A stretch of 64,000 nt of DNA from Phycisphaerales bacterium (lineage in GTDB: Bacteria; Planctomycetota; Phycisphaerae; WQYP01), in the NCBI GenBank assembly GCA_027451365.1, contig DAIDJN010000005.1, forward strand, positions 9,381-73,380, read 5' to 3'. A program made the translations under genes and the position numbers. Below are positions 9,271 through 18,688 of this stretch, one piece after another (position 1 is the first letter of the stretch; each line of letters starts with the position of its first letter). The notes below the pieces were generated by a model. That model did no database searches. It was not told the DNA's origin and saw only the letters and a list, made by a program, of their open reading frames with translations.

Positions 9271-12000
9271 ATGGCTGTTAAACCAAAACCAACCGGAAAA
9301 GCGCTGGTGATTGTCGAGTCGCCTGCAAAGGCTAAAACAATCAATAAATACCTTGGAGACTCCTATATCGTAAAGGCGTCAATGGGGCATGTGCGCGACC
9401 TGCCGACCAAAGATATTGGCGTTGATATTGAAAAGAATTTCGCACCAACATATGAAATTCTCGCAACACGAAAAAAAATTATTGGGGAATTACGGGCGGC
9501 CTCTAAAAATTCAAGACAGGTTTATCTGGCCACAGACTTGGACCGGGAAGGCGAAGCCATTGCCTGGCACTTGCGCCATGCGCTTGGCCTGAAGGATGAT
9601 GAAGTTCAGAGAGTCGTGTTCAACGAAATTACCAAGGGTGCCATTCTTAAGGCGTTTGATCAACCACGACGGATTGATCAGGATAAAGTAAACGCCCAGC
9701 AGGCCCGGCGAATTCTAGATCGGTTAGTCGGATATAAAGTTTCACCGCTTCTTTGGAAAAAAGTTTCGCGGGGTCTTTCTGCCGGACGCGTGCAAAGCGT
9801 GGCGGTAAAAGTGATTGTGGATCGCGAAAAGGAAATTGCCGCCTTTATTCCCGAGGAATACTGGAAATTGCAGGCCTTTTTTACCACTGATATGGTGCGC
9901 GCAGGCGCATTAGGCTCACAATGGCGGGAATTTCTGCTTGGAGATGAAGAAGACACTGCTGACGATGGAACAGATTCCGCGCCGACGCCGACCGCCGGCC
10001 CCTCCGGACAGCAAAAGCGAACCTGGTTGGAGCAAAACAAAGCCTTTCGGGCGGATCTGGTGGAATTCGATGGGAAGAAATTTGATCCCAAGAACGTGGA
10101 CGATGCCCGCCGCGCTGCCGAGGCCGTGGGCTTAGAACAGGTCTCCCAGGTAACCGTGGAAAATGACGGCACCAACGGTCCGCGCGGCATACCGATGCGC
10201 GGACCGGCAAAACTCCTCACGCGCATCACCGGCGAGGTACCCGCCAGCGGAAAGGGACGCAGCTATGTGGTGCGGTCGCTTACCACAAAACCATCCACAT
10301 CCCGCCCGCCTGGCCCGTTCAGTACGAGCACGCTTCAACAGGCCGCAAGCAACCAGATGGGCTTTGGCGCGCAGCGTACTATGCGGACCGCCCAGCAACT
10401 TTATGAAGGGGTGGAATTACCCGGTCAGGGTGCGGTCGGCTTAATCACCTACATGCGAACCGATTCGCAGAATATCAGCCAGGACGCTTTGGCAACAGTT
10501 CGCACATTTATCGGCAAGGAATTCGGCGCCGGCTACCTGCCGGAAAGCCCCAATTATTTCAGTTCGCGGCAAGGCGCACAGGAAGCGCACGAAGCGATTC
10601 GTCCGACTGATGTGACGCTTAAGCCCGAGGATATCCGGGCGTCATTAGGGGAGGACCAGTTCAAATTATATGAACTGATCTGGAAACGGTTTGTCGCCTG
10701 CCAGATGATGCCGGCCCAATGGATGGTCACCGAGGCCCTGATTGAATGCCGCTCCGCCGACCGCAAGGAAGACCCCACACAGCGTCCCGTTTTCAAAGCC
10801 ACCGGCCGCGCGCTGAAATTTGACGGCTTTACCCGCGTGGCGGGAGTCTGGTCGCGGTTTGATGAACAATTGCTGCCGACGTTGGTGGCAAACCAACCGG
10901 TATCACCACTTGATTTAACTCCGACCCAGCATTTCACCAGTCCGCCCCCCCGCTTTACGGAAGCCAGCCTGGTGAAGGCTCTGGAAACCGAGGGTATTGG
11001 CAGACCCAGCACCTACGCAAGTATTATCGCCACCATACAGGACCGGCAATATGTGCAATTGCGGGATCGACGGTTTTTCGCGACCGATCTGGGCATTAAG
11101 GTCACGGAAAAATTAATCGAAGGCTTTCCGGATCTTATGGAGTTGGGCTTTACCCGTAAAATTGAAAGCGAACTCGACCAGATTGAAGAATCGCACCGCG
11201 ACTGGGTGGAGGTAGTTCGCGATTTTTACGATCCGCTGGCGCGAGATCTGGCCACCGCGGAAGACCGCATGACCCACGCACGCGCCGAAGCGACCCCTTC
11301 GGAACATAAATGTCCGAAGTGCGGCGCGATGATGGCTTATAAGCTTTCCAAACGAGGAAAAACATTTTTATCCTGTTCGCGTTACCCTGAATGTGATGGC
11401 GCTTCGAATATTGATTCCGAAGGAAAGCCGGCACAACTGGATATCACCGATTACAAATGCCCGAACTGCGGTAAACCAATGATCCGCCGAATGGGCCGGT
11501 ATGGCCCCTTCTTCGGCTGTTCCGGCTATCCGGAATGTAAAACATTGCAGCAGGCCGACCGCAAAACCGGCCTGCCACTGCCTCCCAAACCGCCACCCAG
11601 ACCAACCGGCTTGAAATGTCCCAAATGCCACAAAAAGGAATTGGTGGTGCGCAGCGGAAAGCGCGGCGATTTTTTAAGCTGCCTCGGTTTCCCGCGGTGC
11701 CGCATGACTCTGCCTGCGGAGCGGCTGGAAGAATTTTTAGCCCTCAATGAACAAAAGGCATGGCCACCGGCGGACATTCTGGCAAAATTCGGTGGAAAAC
11801 CCGCCCCTGCGGAAATAGAACCTGCAGAGACTTTAAAGCCGGCAAAACGCACGGCCAAAGCGGCGGCCAAACCCGTGACAAAGCCGCCGACCAAAGCCAC
11901 GAGGAAACCCGCAGAAAAGCCTTCCGTAAAAGCGCCGGCACCACTGGCTGGTGGGCCCACACGAAAAGTTGTGGCAAAAGCCCCATCGGCGTCTGCGTAA
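9271..12000 (+). CDS. topA: DNA topoisomerase I
   Basis: LVIVESPAKAKTI, ATDLDREGEAI, SAGRVQS, catalytic ITYMRTDS, GIGRPSTYA; three C4 zinc ribbons and a Lys/Pro/Ala-rich tail. Confidence 0.98.
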   Translation: MAVKPKPTGKALVIVESPAKAKTINKYLGDSYIVKASMGHVRDLPTKDIGVDIEKNFAPTYEILATRKKIIGELRAASKNSRQVYLATDLDREGEAIAWHLRHALGLKDDEVQRVVFNEITKGAILKAFDQPRRIDQDKVNAQQARRILDRLVGYKVSPLLWKKVSRGLSAGRVQSVAVKVIVDREKEIAAFIPEEYWKLQAFFTTDMVRAGALGSQWREFLLGDEEDTADDGTDSAPTPTAGPSGQQKRTWLEQNKAFRADLVEFDGKKFDPKNVDDARRAAEAVGLEQVSQVTVENDGTNGPRGIPMRGPAKLLTRITGEVPASGKGRSYVVRSLTTKPSTSRPPGPFSTSTLQQAASNQMGFGAQRTMRTAQQLYEGVELPGQGAVGLITYMRTDSQNISQDALATVRTFIGKEFGAGYLPESPNYFSSRQGAQEAHEAIRPTDVTLKPEDIRASLGEDQFKLYELIWKRFVACQMMPAQWMVTEALIECRSADRKEDPTQRPVFKATGRALKFDGFTRVAGVWSRFDEQLLPTLVANQPVSPLDLTPTQHFTSPPPRFTEASLVKALETEGIGRPSTYASIIATIQDRQYVQLRDRRFFATDLGIKVTEKLIEGFPDLMELGFTRKIESELDQIEESHRDWVEVVRDFYDPLARDLATAEDRMTHARAEATPSEHKCPKCGAMMAYKLSKRGKTFLSCSRYPECDGASNIDSEGKPAQLDITDYKCPNCGKPMIRRMGRYGPFFGCSGYPECKTLQQADRKTGLPLPPKPPPRPTGLKCPKCHKKELVVRSGKRGDFLSCLGFPRCRMTLPAERLEEFLALNEQKAWPPADILAKFGGKPAPAEIEPAETLKPAKRTAKAAAKPVTKPPTKATRKPAEKPSVKAPAPLAGGPTRKVVAKAPSASA

Positions 12001-12048
12001 GACCGCTTCTGTGCCAACGCACGGCCAAAGTTCATATCCATTCGCAGG

Positions 12049-12531
12049 TTAAGCTGGCTTAACGCTGGCGACGATTTCCACTTCCACCGTGCTACCCAAT
12101 GGCAGCGCATTGGTTCCCACAGCCGCCCGGGCGTGCCGGCCCGCTTCTCCAAAAATTTCCACCAACAGATCGCTGGCACCATTGGCTACCAGCGGCTGAT
12201 TGTGGAAGTCGGGTTCACAGGCTACATAAACCGTCAATTTAACGATACGTTCCAAACGGTTCCAATCTTTAAGACACGCATCGTACAGCACAGCCACCGC
12301 GTTAATGGCCGCCAATCGGGCGGCGTCACGTCCCTGTTCCACACTTTGAACTGTCGGAACATGGCCCTGAAACAGCACCTTGCCATCCCGACTCGGCAAT
12401 TGACCACTCACAAACACCAGCGATCCGGCTTGCATGCCGATTTGAACGTAGGGCAGATACGCCGCCACCGGACGGGGTACTGGCGGAATCGTAACTCCCA
12501 GACGGGCCAGATTCTTTTCAACATCGCTCAT
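12049..12531 (-). CDS. RidA/YjgF family protein
   Basis: VSGQLP, ANGASDLLVEIFGEAGRHARAAVG and LPLGSTVEVE. Start moved to MSDVEK (GGAG RBS). Confidence 0.92.
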   Translation of the reverse strand: MSDVEKNLARLGVTIPPVPRPVAAYLPYVQIGMQAGSLVFVSGQLPSRDGKVLFQGHVPTVQSVEQGRDAARLAAINAVAVLYDACLKDWNRLERIVKLTVYVACEPDFHNQPLVANGASDLLVEIFGEAGRHARAAVGTNALPLGSTVEVEIVASVKPA

Positions 12532-12832
12532 CAGACACTCCATACATTGCCAAATGGTCACGCCATCGTTTTGGCTGCAACCGTGATGCGCGCCGCGTAC
12601 GACGGCATACAGACCACCCGTGCTTCCAATGCGACATGGCCCGGCGATGGTTAACGGACGGAATCCTACCATCGGACCGCCTGAATGTAGTATAATGTAA
12701 TAAGACATGGGCGGTCAGCAGACTGGTGGATTCCGGAGTGTGAGTCGCAAATGGCGATTCGAGCCATTGGCTGACCGTTGAATAAAGTCCTGCGGAAGCG
12801 ATCCGGATCTTTCGCGGACCAGGAAATGAAAA

Positions 12833-13681
12833 GTGAGATGTATGATGTGTTGGGTCAAATCCGCTCTGACGACCGTAACTTTTTTTAGCCTCGCCGCGAT
12901 GGCTGGCTGCGCTGGCCAGACAAACAATCCGCTTGTACGCGCGCAGCCATCCATTCTGGCAAATCTGCCCTATCGGCCATTTATGCCGCAGCCGGATGGA
13001 TCATCGAATTCGAGGCCCGCCGTTCAAGCGGCCTACAACAACCCGCCCGCTTTTACCGGGGAATCCCAAACCACAACCGGCGGAAGCTCCGCCGAATGGA
13101 CACCAGGCGCGACGGCAAACCAAAATAGCGTCGTTGACAGCCAGGGCGCGGGCAACGACACCAGCGGACGCACAGCGGATAAAGGCCCCCCAGCCGATGC
13201 GACCGCAACAGGTTTTCCCGCACACCTCAGCGGAACACACCGCTCTGCGGCCAGCCCACCGGTCACTCCGGCCATACCAGATATTCAGCCGGTCACCACC
13301 GGTACATACAGTTTTACGCTGCCGCACAACGTCAGCAGTTTTAAGAAATTCGGCGACACGCTTCAGGAATATCTGCTGTACTACGGTATCCCGCATCCCA
13401 ATCAAAAGCCGTTTCTGACGATGGTCGTCGCAGCGCACGTACGGCCGGCCTGCGTGGGAAACCCGCTGTTTCGCGTGCATTCCAACCGTACCTTTATTCT
13501 GAACCGTCTTTCCGCACGAGAATATACCGGTTATACCACTGCGGGAATGCCGTTCGCTGAATTGATACTTTCCCATGGCAACCACGGAGACCGCCTGGAC
13601 GCTTTGGCCGTTGTGCCGAACAATACCCAGCGGAAAATAGCGCTTAAAATTCTTGCAAGCATTCACTTCAAGGCCAATTGA
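12833..13681 (+). CDS. Hypothetical lipoprotein
   Basis: Hydrophobic signal ending in lipobox MAGC, a low-complexity linker and a compact C-terminal domain. Confidence 0.6.
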   Translation: MRCMMCWVKSALTTVTFFSLAAMAGCAGQTNNPLVRAQPSILANLPYRPFMPQPDGSSNSRPAVQAAYNNPPAFTGESQTTTGGSSAEWTPGATANQNSVVDSQGAGNDTSGRTADKGPPADATATGFPAHLSGTHRSAASPPVTPAIPDIQPVTTGTYSFTLPHNVSSFKKFGDTLQEYLLYYGIPHPNQKPFLTMVVAAHVRPACVGNPLFRVHSNRTFILNRLSAREYTGYTTAGMPFAELILSHGNHGDRLDALAVVPNNTQRKIALKILASIHFKAN

Positions 13682-13733
13682 CCCGTATTTGCTCCGCCGC
13701 GGTACCCCGCTTTCGCAACGACCGGAAACAAGG

Positions 13734-14567
13734 ATGGCTGAATTCTTGGAAAAGAATCTGGAACTTCTGGCCCGCGGCCCATGGGCGGCCTCCGCCGTAC
13801 AAGTTAGCCTGGTTGGGCCGCCTGATATTTCAGATGAGGCGGCGCGGGAAATCGACCGGCTTTGGGAACTGGAAATTGCCGCAGCAAAACAGGAAAACCG
13901 CCTGCTTTTCAACGGTGGAATTCTGTATCTCAAGCGCGCCGTCGCAACTTCCGGCGGGCTGCGCCTTGAACTGGGCACAGCAGATTACAAAACATTTCTG
14001 ATTACAACCTTGCGCCACCACGCCCGGTTTGCTACTCATTTTCCCGGCTGCATCAGGCCCGCGTTGGGCAATAGCGCTCTATTGACCTGTGGCCCGGATA
14101 TTATTCTGGGAGTGCGAAGCCGTCGCGTGGCCGCCTATCCTGGAATGGCTCATCTGATTGGCGGAGTATTGGAAAATCAGCCGACGAAAACACCCGAAGC
14201 CGTCGCTGGCCCCCGCCGCAATGCCAGCCTGCTGCAGAACCATCTCCTGCGCGAAATTCAAGAAGAACTCGGTCTGATGGCCGACGATCTGGCCGAGGTC
14301 CCGCGCGTGCTTATGTTGGTTCAGGACGGATTGCTGCATCAGCCGGAATTGATCTGGCATTGCGAAATTACCGCTTCCGCCATGGAAAAAGCCGCCCACG
14401 GCACATCCGCACAGGACCGCCACGAACACGACCGCATTCTGCGGATCAGCCTGAGTCAGGCTGCGGGACATTCGGTGGATGACATTGCAATAACGCCCGC
14501 CACCGCGGCCGCTATTGACATGCTGCAAAGGATCAACCGGCCAAACGGGCCTCATGCCATTGCATAG
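13734..14567 (+). CDS. NUDIX hydrolase-like protein
   Basis: LFNG, RSRRVAAYPG and partial Nudix box GGVLE...LLREIQEELGL. Start uncertain (13653 or 13734). Confidence 0.75.
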   Translation: MAEFLEKNLELLARGPWAASAVQVSLVGPPDISDEAAREIDRLWELEIAAAKQENRLLFNGGILYLKRAVATSGGLRLELGTADYKTFLITTLRHHARFATHFPGCIRPALGNSALLTCGPDIILGVRSRRVAAYPGMAHLIGGVLENQPTKTPEAVAGPRRNASLLQNHLLREIQEELGLMADDLAEVPRVLMLVQDGLLHQPELIWHCEITASAMEKAAHGTSAQDRHEHDRILRISLSQAAGHSVDDIAITPATAAAIDMLQRINRPNGPHAIA

Positions 14568-17089
14568 GGGTCCACATCCACCACCACACTTCCAGGAAAT
14601 TTGTGCAGAAGGCCGTGCCCCCGAACCGTTGCCAGAAGCTGCTGAAGCGGCATTGCCGCGGTTGAAAAGAGCAATATTTCCCGTCGATGTTCGTCATCTA
14701 TACGTGCCATTGCGGGAAGTTGTGGTCCGTTCATCCGCACCGGAAGCTTGTGAAGGACAATAGAATCCTGAATATAATCAGCTATCTGGCGGCAAGTTGC
14801 GTCCGCAGTGTCCGCCTGTTTATGGGTGACAATAAACCGTACAATCCGGCCATACGGTGGATAACCAAATTCCTTTCTGTGCGGCAATTCGCTTTGCACA
14901 AAACCCGGATAATCGTGCCGCGTCGCATGAACAATGGCTGGCTCGTCCGGCTGCATGGTCTGCACCACCACCGTGCCTTCCGCGCCCGCCCGCCCGCTGC
15001 GACCGGCCACCTGACAGACCAGGTCGAACGTCCGTTCCGCGGCCCGAAAGTCGGGGCTGGTCATGGCCAGGTCCGCATTCAACACGCCAACCAGGCGAAC
15101 ATTGGGAAAGTCCAGTCCTTTGGCGATCATCTGCGTGCCCAGCAGAATATCCAGTTCGCCGGCGCCAAAAGCCTCCAGTGTCTGTTTGTAATCCGATGCT
15201 TTGCGCATCGAATCGCTGTCCATACGTGCAGTACAGCTTCGCGGAAACTTTCGCGCCAGTTCCTCCTCCACCCGCTGGGTTCCCTGTCCAAGCTGAATCA
15301 GCCGCGACTGGCAGTCCGGGCAATGGTCCGGCAGAATTTGCGAAGTCAGACAATAATGACATTTGACCAGCGCATCATGTCCGCTGCGAATAATGCGATT
15401 CAGGTGCACGACCATCGTTGCGTCGCAATGGTCGCACATCATCACCCACGGGCATTTGGCACAAGCCAGATAATGGGCGTAGCCTCGCCGGTTTAACAGC
15501 AGAATAGCCTGTCCTTTCTCCGCCAGCGTCTTTTTTAATTGAAATTCCATCGTCGTGGAAATTGCGTGAAGGCCCCGCCGCTGCCGATGTTCTTCCCGCA
15601 TATTGACCACCACCACCCGCGGCATGCGTACATTGTTCGGACGCGACGTCAGCCGCAGCAGCTTATAGTGCGGGTTCTGTGCCGCATTGTGCCAGCTTTC
15701 CAATGAAGGAGTGGCCGAACCAAGCAACACCGGAACGCCCGCAAGTTGCGCCCGGCGGATGGCCACATCGCGCCCATGATAACGCGGGGCGCTGTCCTGC
15801 TTGTACGACGTGTCATGTTCCTCATCCACCACAATCAGACCAAGGTTTTCCACCGGGGCAAACACCGCCGACCGCGCGCCCACAATCACCTGTGCCCAGC
15901 CGGAGGCGATGCTTTGCCAGTATTGATGACGCAGCGAATTCTTCATGCGGCTGTGCAGCACCGCAACCCGCTCAAATCGCGCCGTAAAACGCGCTGCCGC
16001 CTGCTGGGTAAGCGAAATTTCAGGCACCAGAACAATCGCCCGACGCCCGGTGGCCACCACCTTTTCGATACACCGTATATAAAGTTCCGTCTTGCCTGAA
16101 CCGGTTACGCCATGAATCAGACGCACTTTAAATTCAGGCTTTTCAAGCAATGGCAGAATATCATTATAAACCGCGGTCTGTTCCGCCGTTAATTGCGTAA
16201 CCGGACGCTGGTGCAGGGTGGACGTTTCCCCGCCATCGGTCGCCGAATCAGCCGGATTTTCAGAATTGGATTTTATGGCCAGCAGCCCCATCTGAATAAA
16301 TCGCTTAAGCATGGGGCGCGACAGGCCACCCGGTTTAACCAGTTTCTGAATTTCCAGCGGGCCGCTCACCAACGCCTCAGCCACCTTGCGATATGCGCTG
16401 CGGCCGCGAGTTGAAAGCTTTTCCATGACCGCCGCGATTTTGTCAGCCTCCAGCGCGGGCAGTAATACCGTCACCCGCGTCGGTACGCGCGTTTGGCGTT
16501 TCACAGCCGCGGGCATAATACCTGCGAGAACCTGCCCCTGCGGACAAAAGTAATAATTGGAAATCCATTCAGCGAGGCGCATCAATTCGGCCGAAAATGG
16601 TTCAATTTCTGTCAGAACCTGATGAATAGGCTTGATTGTATTGGACGCTGTGGTTTGCGGCCCATCCAGTGCGGCTGGAAGCTCGCCAGTTTCATCTTTG
16701 GTGACAGACGTACCGGCGCCCGGAACTTTCTGACCCAAATCGCCCCATAAGCCCGGTTCCTCCGATTTGGCCCACTGTGGCAATGCGCGGATTTTCGCCA
16801 CGCGCGGTGGCTTATCGGAATTGCTGAGCAATTTGACTGGATGAAGCACCGGCGCCGAAGCATCCAGCCGCACGATGGTGCCCGTGACAATTTTATTCCG
16901 TCGGCCCAGTGGCACCTGCACCCGCCGACCCACAGCAGCCACCGCGACTAAGTGCGGCGGAATGCGATAGTCCAGCAGCCGATCAATGCCCTGGTCAAGT
17001 GCCACGCAGGCAAATTCCGGAACAGGCGTGGACAAACGTTCCAGCGCAACAGAAGGCGAAGCGTCAACATTTTCCGGGGCGGTCATCAT
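14552..17089 (-). CDS. priA: Primosomal protein N' (replication restart helicase)
   Basis: GVTGSGKTE, VDEEHDTSYKQ, Cys-rich zinc region, GTQMIAKGLDFP and QVAGRSGR. Start estimated at MMTAPE. Confidence 0.97.
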   Translation of the reverse strand: MMTAPENVDASPSVALERLSTPVPEFACVALDQGIDRLLDYRIPPHLVAVAAVGRRVQVPLGRRNKIVTGTIVRLDASAPVLHPVKLLSNSDKPPRVAKIRALPQWAKSEEPGLWGDLGQKVPGAGTSVTKDETGELPAALDGPQTTASNTIKPIHQVLTEIEPFSAELMRLAEWISNYYFCPQGQVLAGIMPAAVKRQTRVPTRVTVLLPALEADKIAAVMEKLSTRGRSAYRKVAEALVSGPLEIQKLVKPGGLSRPMLKRFIQMGLLAIKSNSENPADSATDGGETSTLHQRPVTQLTAEQTAVYNDILPLLEKPEFKVRLIHGVTGSGKTELYIRCIEKVVATGRRAIVLVPEISLTQQAAARFTARFERVAVLHSRMKNSLRHQYWQSIASGWAQVIVGARSAVFAPVENLGLIVVDEEHDTSYKQDSAPRYHGRDVAIRRAQLAGVPVLLGSATPSLESWHNAAQNPHYKLLRLTSRPNNVRMPRVVVVNMREEHRQRRGLHAISTTMEFQLKKTLAEKGQAILLLNRRGYAHYLACAKCPWVMMCDHCDATMVVHLNRIIRSGHDALVKCHYCLTSQILPDHCPDCQSRLIQLGQGTQRVEEELARKFPRSCTARMDSDSMRKASDYKQTLEAFGAGELDILLGTQMIAKGLDFPNVRLVGVLNADLAMTSPDFRAAERTFDLVCQVAGRSGRAGAEGTVVVQTMQPDEPAIVHATRHDYPGFVQSELPHRKEFGYPPYGRIVRFIVTHKQADTADATCRQIADYIQDSIVLHKLPVRMNGPQLPAMARIDDEHRREILLFSTAAMPLQQLLATVRGHGLLHKFPGSVVVDVDPYAMA

Positions 17090-17472
17090 GTGGGAATTAT
17101 ACGATACCAGATAAAATCTGCCGCCGCTTTGGCCAAAAATGAGAGTCCCGCATCGGTCACCGCGCGTAACCGCGGGGTGGAATCCGCCCTGGGTGCCGAC
17201 CAAATGCGCCATTTGAGGTATTCGCAATTGCTTGCTTCTTGGCGATAATAATGAAGGCCAACAGGACGCACCCGCACAAAAGCGGCCCTGTGGCCGGTTT
17301 TAGCGATCCGCCATTGGAGGATAAAGGCAATTGATGGACGCACTGCCGGTCGGGTGATCTCTCACACCTGCAAATCAGGATTGACCGAGCACTGGAAACA
17401 TTGGCAGATATAATTTAAGGGTGGCACCCGGCAGGGTTGCCCTATGATGCGGTTACGGCGAAGATATAGGGA

Positions 17473-18678
17473 ATGGAGCATTCAGAAACCACATCGCTGC
17501 CGCGCACACCCGGGACGCTTATTACCAGCAACGCAGACATTGCGCGGCTGTGCGACCACTTGCAAAGTGCCGGAGCATTTGGCGTGGATACGGAGTTTAT
17601 CGGGGAAACGTCTTATGTGCCGATCCTTTGTCTGATTCAGGTTTCCACCACCCAGCGGGTGGAATTGATTGACCCCCAAGCGGGCGGCGATCTGGGTCCG
17701 CTGCTGAAGCTGGTGGCGGATCCGGCAATTGTCAAAATCTGCCATGCCGGTCAGCAGGACCTGGAAATCCTGCATCACATAGGCGGACTGACCCCCGCCA
17801 ATATGTTTGACACTCAGATTATCGCCGGACAGATCGGTGTGGGATATCCACTGTCTTATGGCAAACTGGTCAGCCATTTTTGCGGCGTGGACCTGGAAAA
17901 AGCGCATACGTATTCAGACTGGAGCCGACGCCCGCTTTCACCGGCGCAATTTGAGTATGCCGTGGATGATGTGCGGTATCTGCCGCTGATACACCAGCGG
18001 ATTGACCGGATTCTTAAGGAAACCGGCCGCACGCACTGGGCGCAGATGGCCTGCGACGAGCTGTGCGAGTCGGCCGCGGCCCCGCTGCAGCCGCGCGAAC
18101 TATACCGGAAAATCAAAACAGCGAAATCGATGCGTCCCGTGCAGCTTGCGGTTCTGCGCGAACTGACCGCCTGGCGAGAACAACTTGCGTTTGAACACAA
18201 TATGCCGGCCCGCACATTAATGCCGGACAATGTGCTGCGCGACATCGCCAAACTTCTGCCGCGGCACCTGCCGCAGTTCAATCAGATTAAAGATTTCCCG
18301 CGTCCGGAAGCGCGCAGCTATGGACCGGCTATACTGGAACTGATTGAAGCGATCCGCCAGATGGAAGAAAGCAGCTATCCGCAACCGGACCCGGACCCAC
18401 TGGACACGCCGGAAAGCCGGGTGTTTGGAGAATCGCTGTGGGCCGCGGCTCAGAGCATTTGCCTTGGCCAGTCTGTCTGCACAGGGGTGGTAACATCGCA
18501 AAGTCAGGTTCTGGCGCTGGCGGACGCGGTCTTTTCCGGATCGGCGGTCGATGGACATTCAGTGATGCGCGGCTGGCGCAAGGAATGCCTTGGCCACACG
18601 CTGTTGAATTTTGCCCAAGGCACCCAGCAGATCACGCTTCAATTCAAAAACCGAAAATTGCAATCGACACTTTTGTGA
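17473..18678 (+). CDS. rnd: Ribonuclease D
   Basis: DEDDy exonuclease motifs VDTEF, HAGQQD and SDWSRRPLS...YAVDDV; HRDC domain WREQLA. Confidence 0.93.
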   Translation: MEHSETTSLPRTPGTLITSNADIARLCDHLQSAGAFGVDTEFIGETSYVPILCLIQVSTTQRVELIDPQAGGDLGPLLKLVADPAIVKICHAGQQDLEILHHIGGLTPANMFDTQIIAGQIGVGYPLSYGKLVSHFCGVDLEKAHTYSDWSRRPLSPAQFEYAVDDVRYLPLIHQRIDRILKETGRTHWAQMACDELCESAAAPLQPRELYRKIKTAKSMRPVQLAVLRELTAWREQLAFEHNMPARTLMPDNVLRDIAKLLPRHLPQFNQIKDFPRPEARSYGPAILELIEAIRQMEESSYPQPDPDPLDTPESRVFGESLWAAAQSICLGQSVCTGVVTSQSQVLALADAVFSGSAVDGHSVMRGWRKECLGHTLLNFAQGTQQITLQFKNRKLQSTLL

Positions 18679-18688
18679 AACGGAAGTC

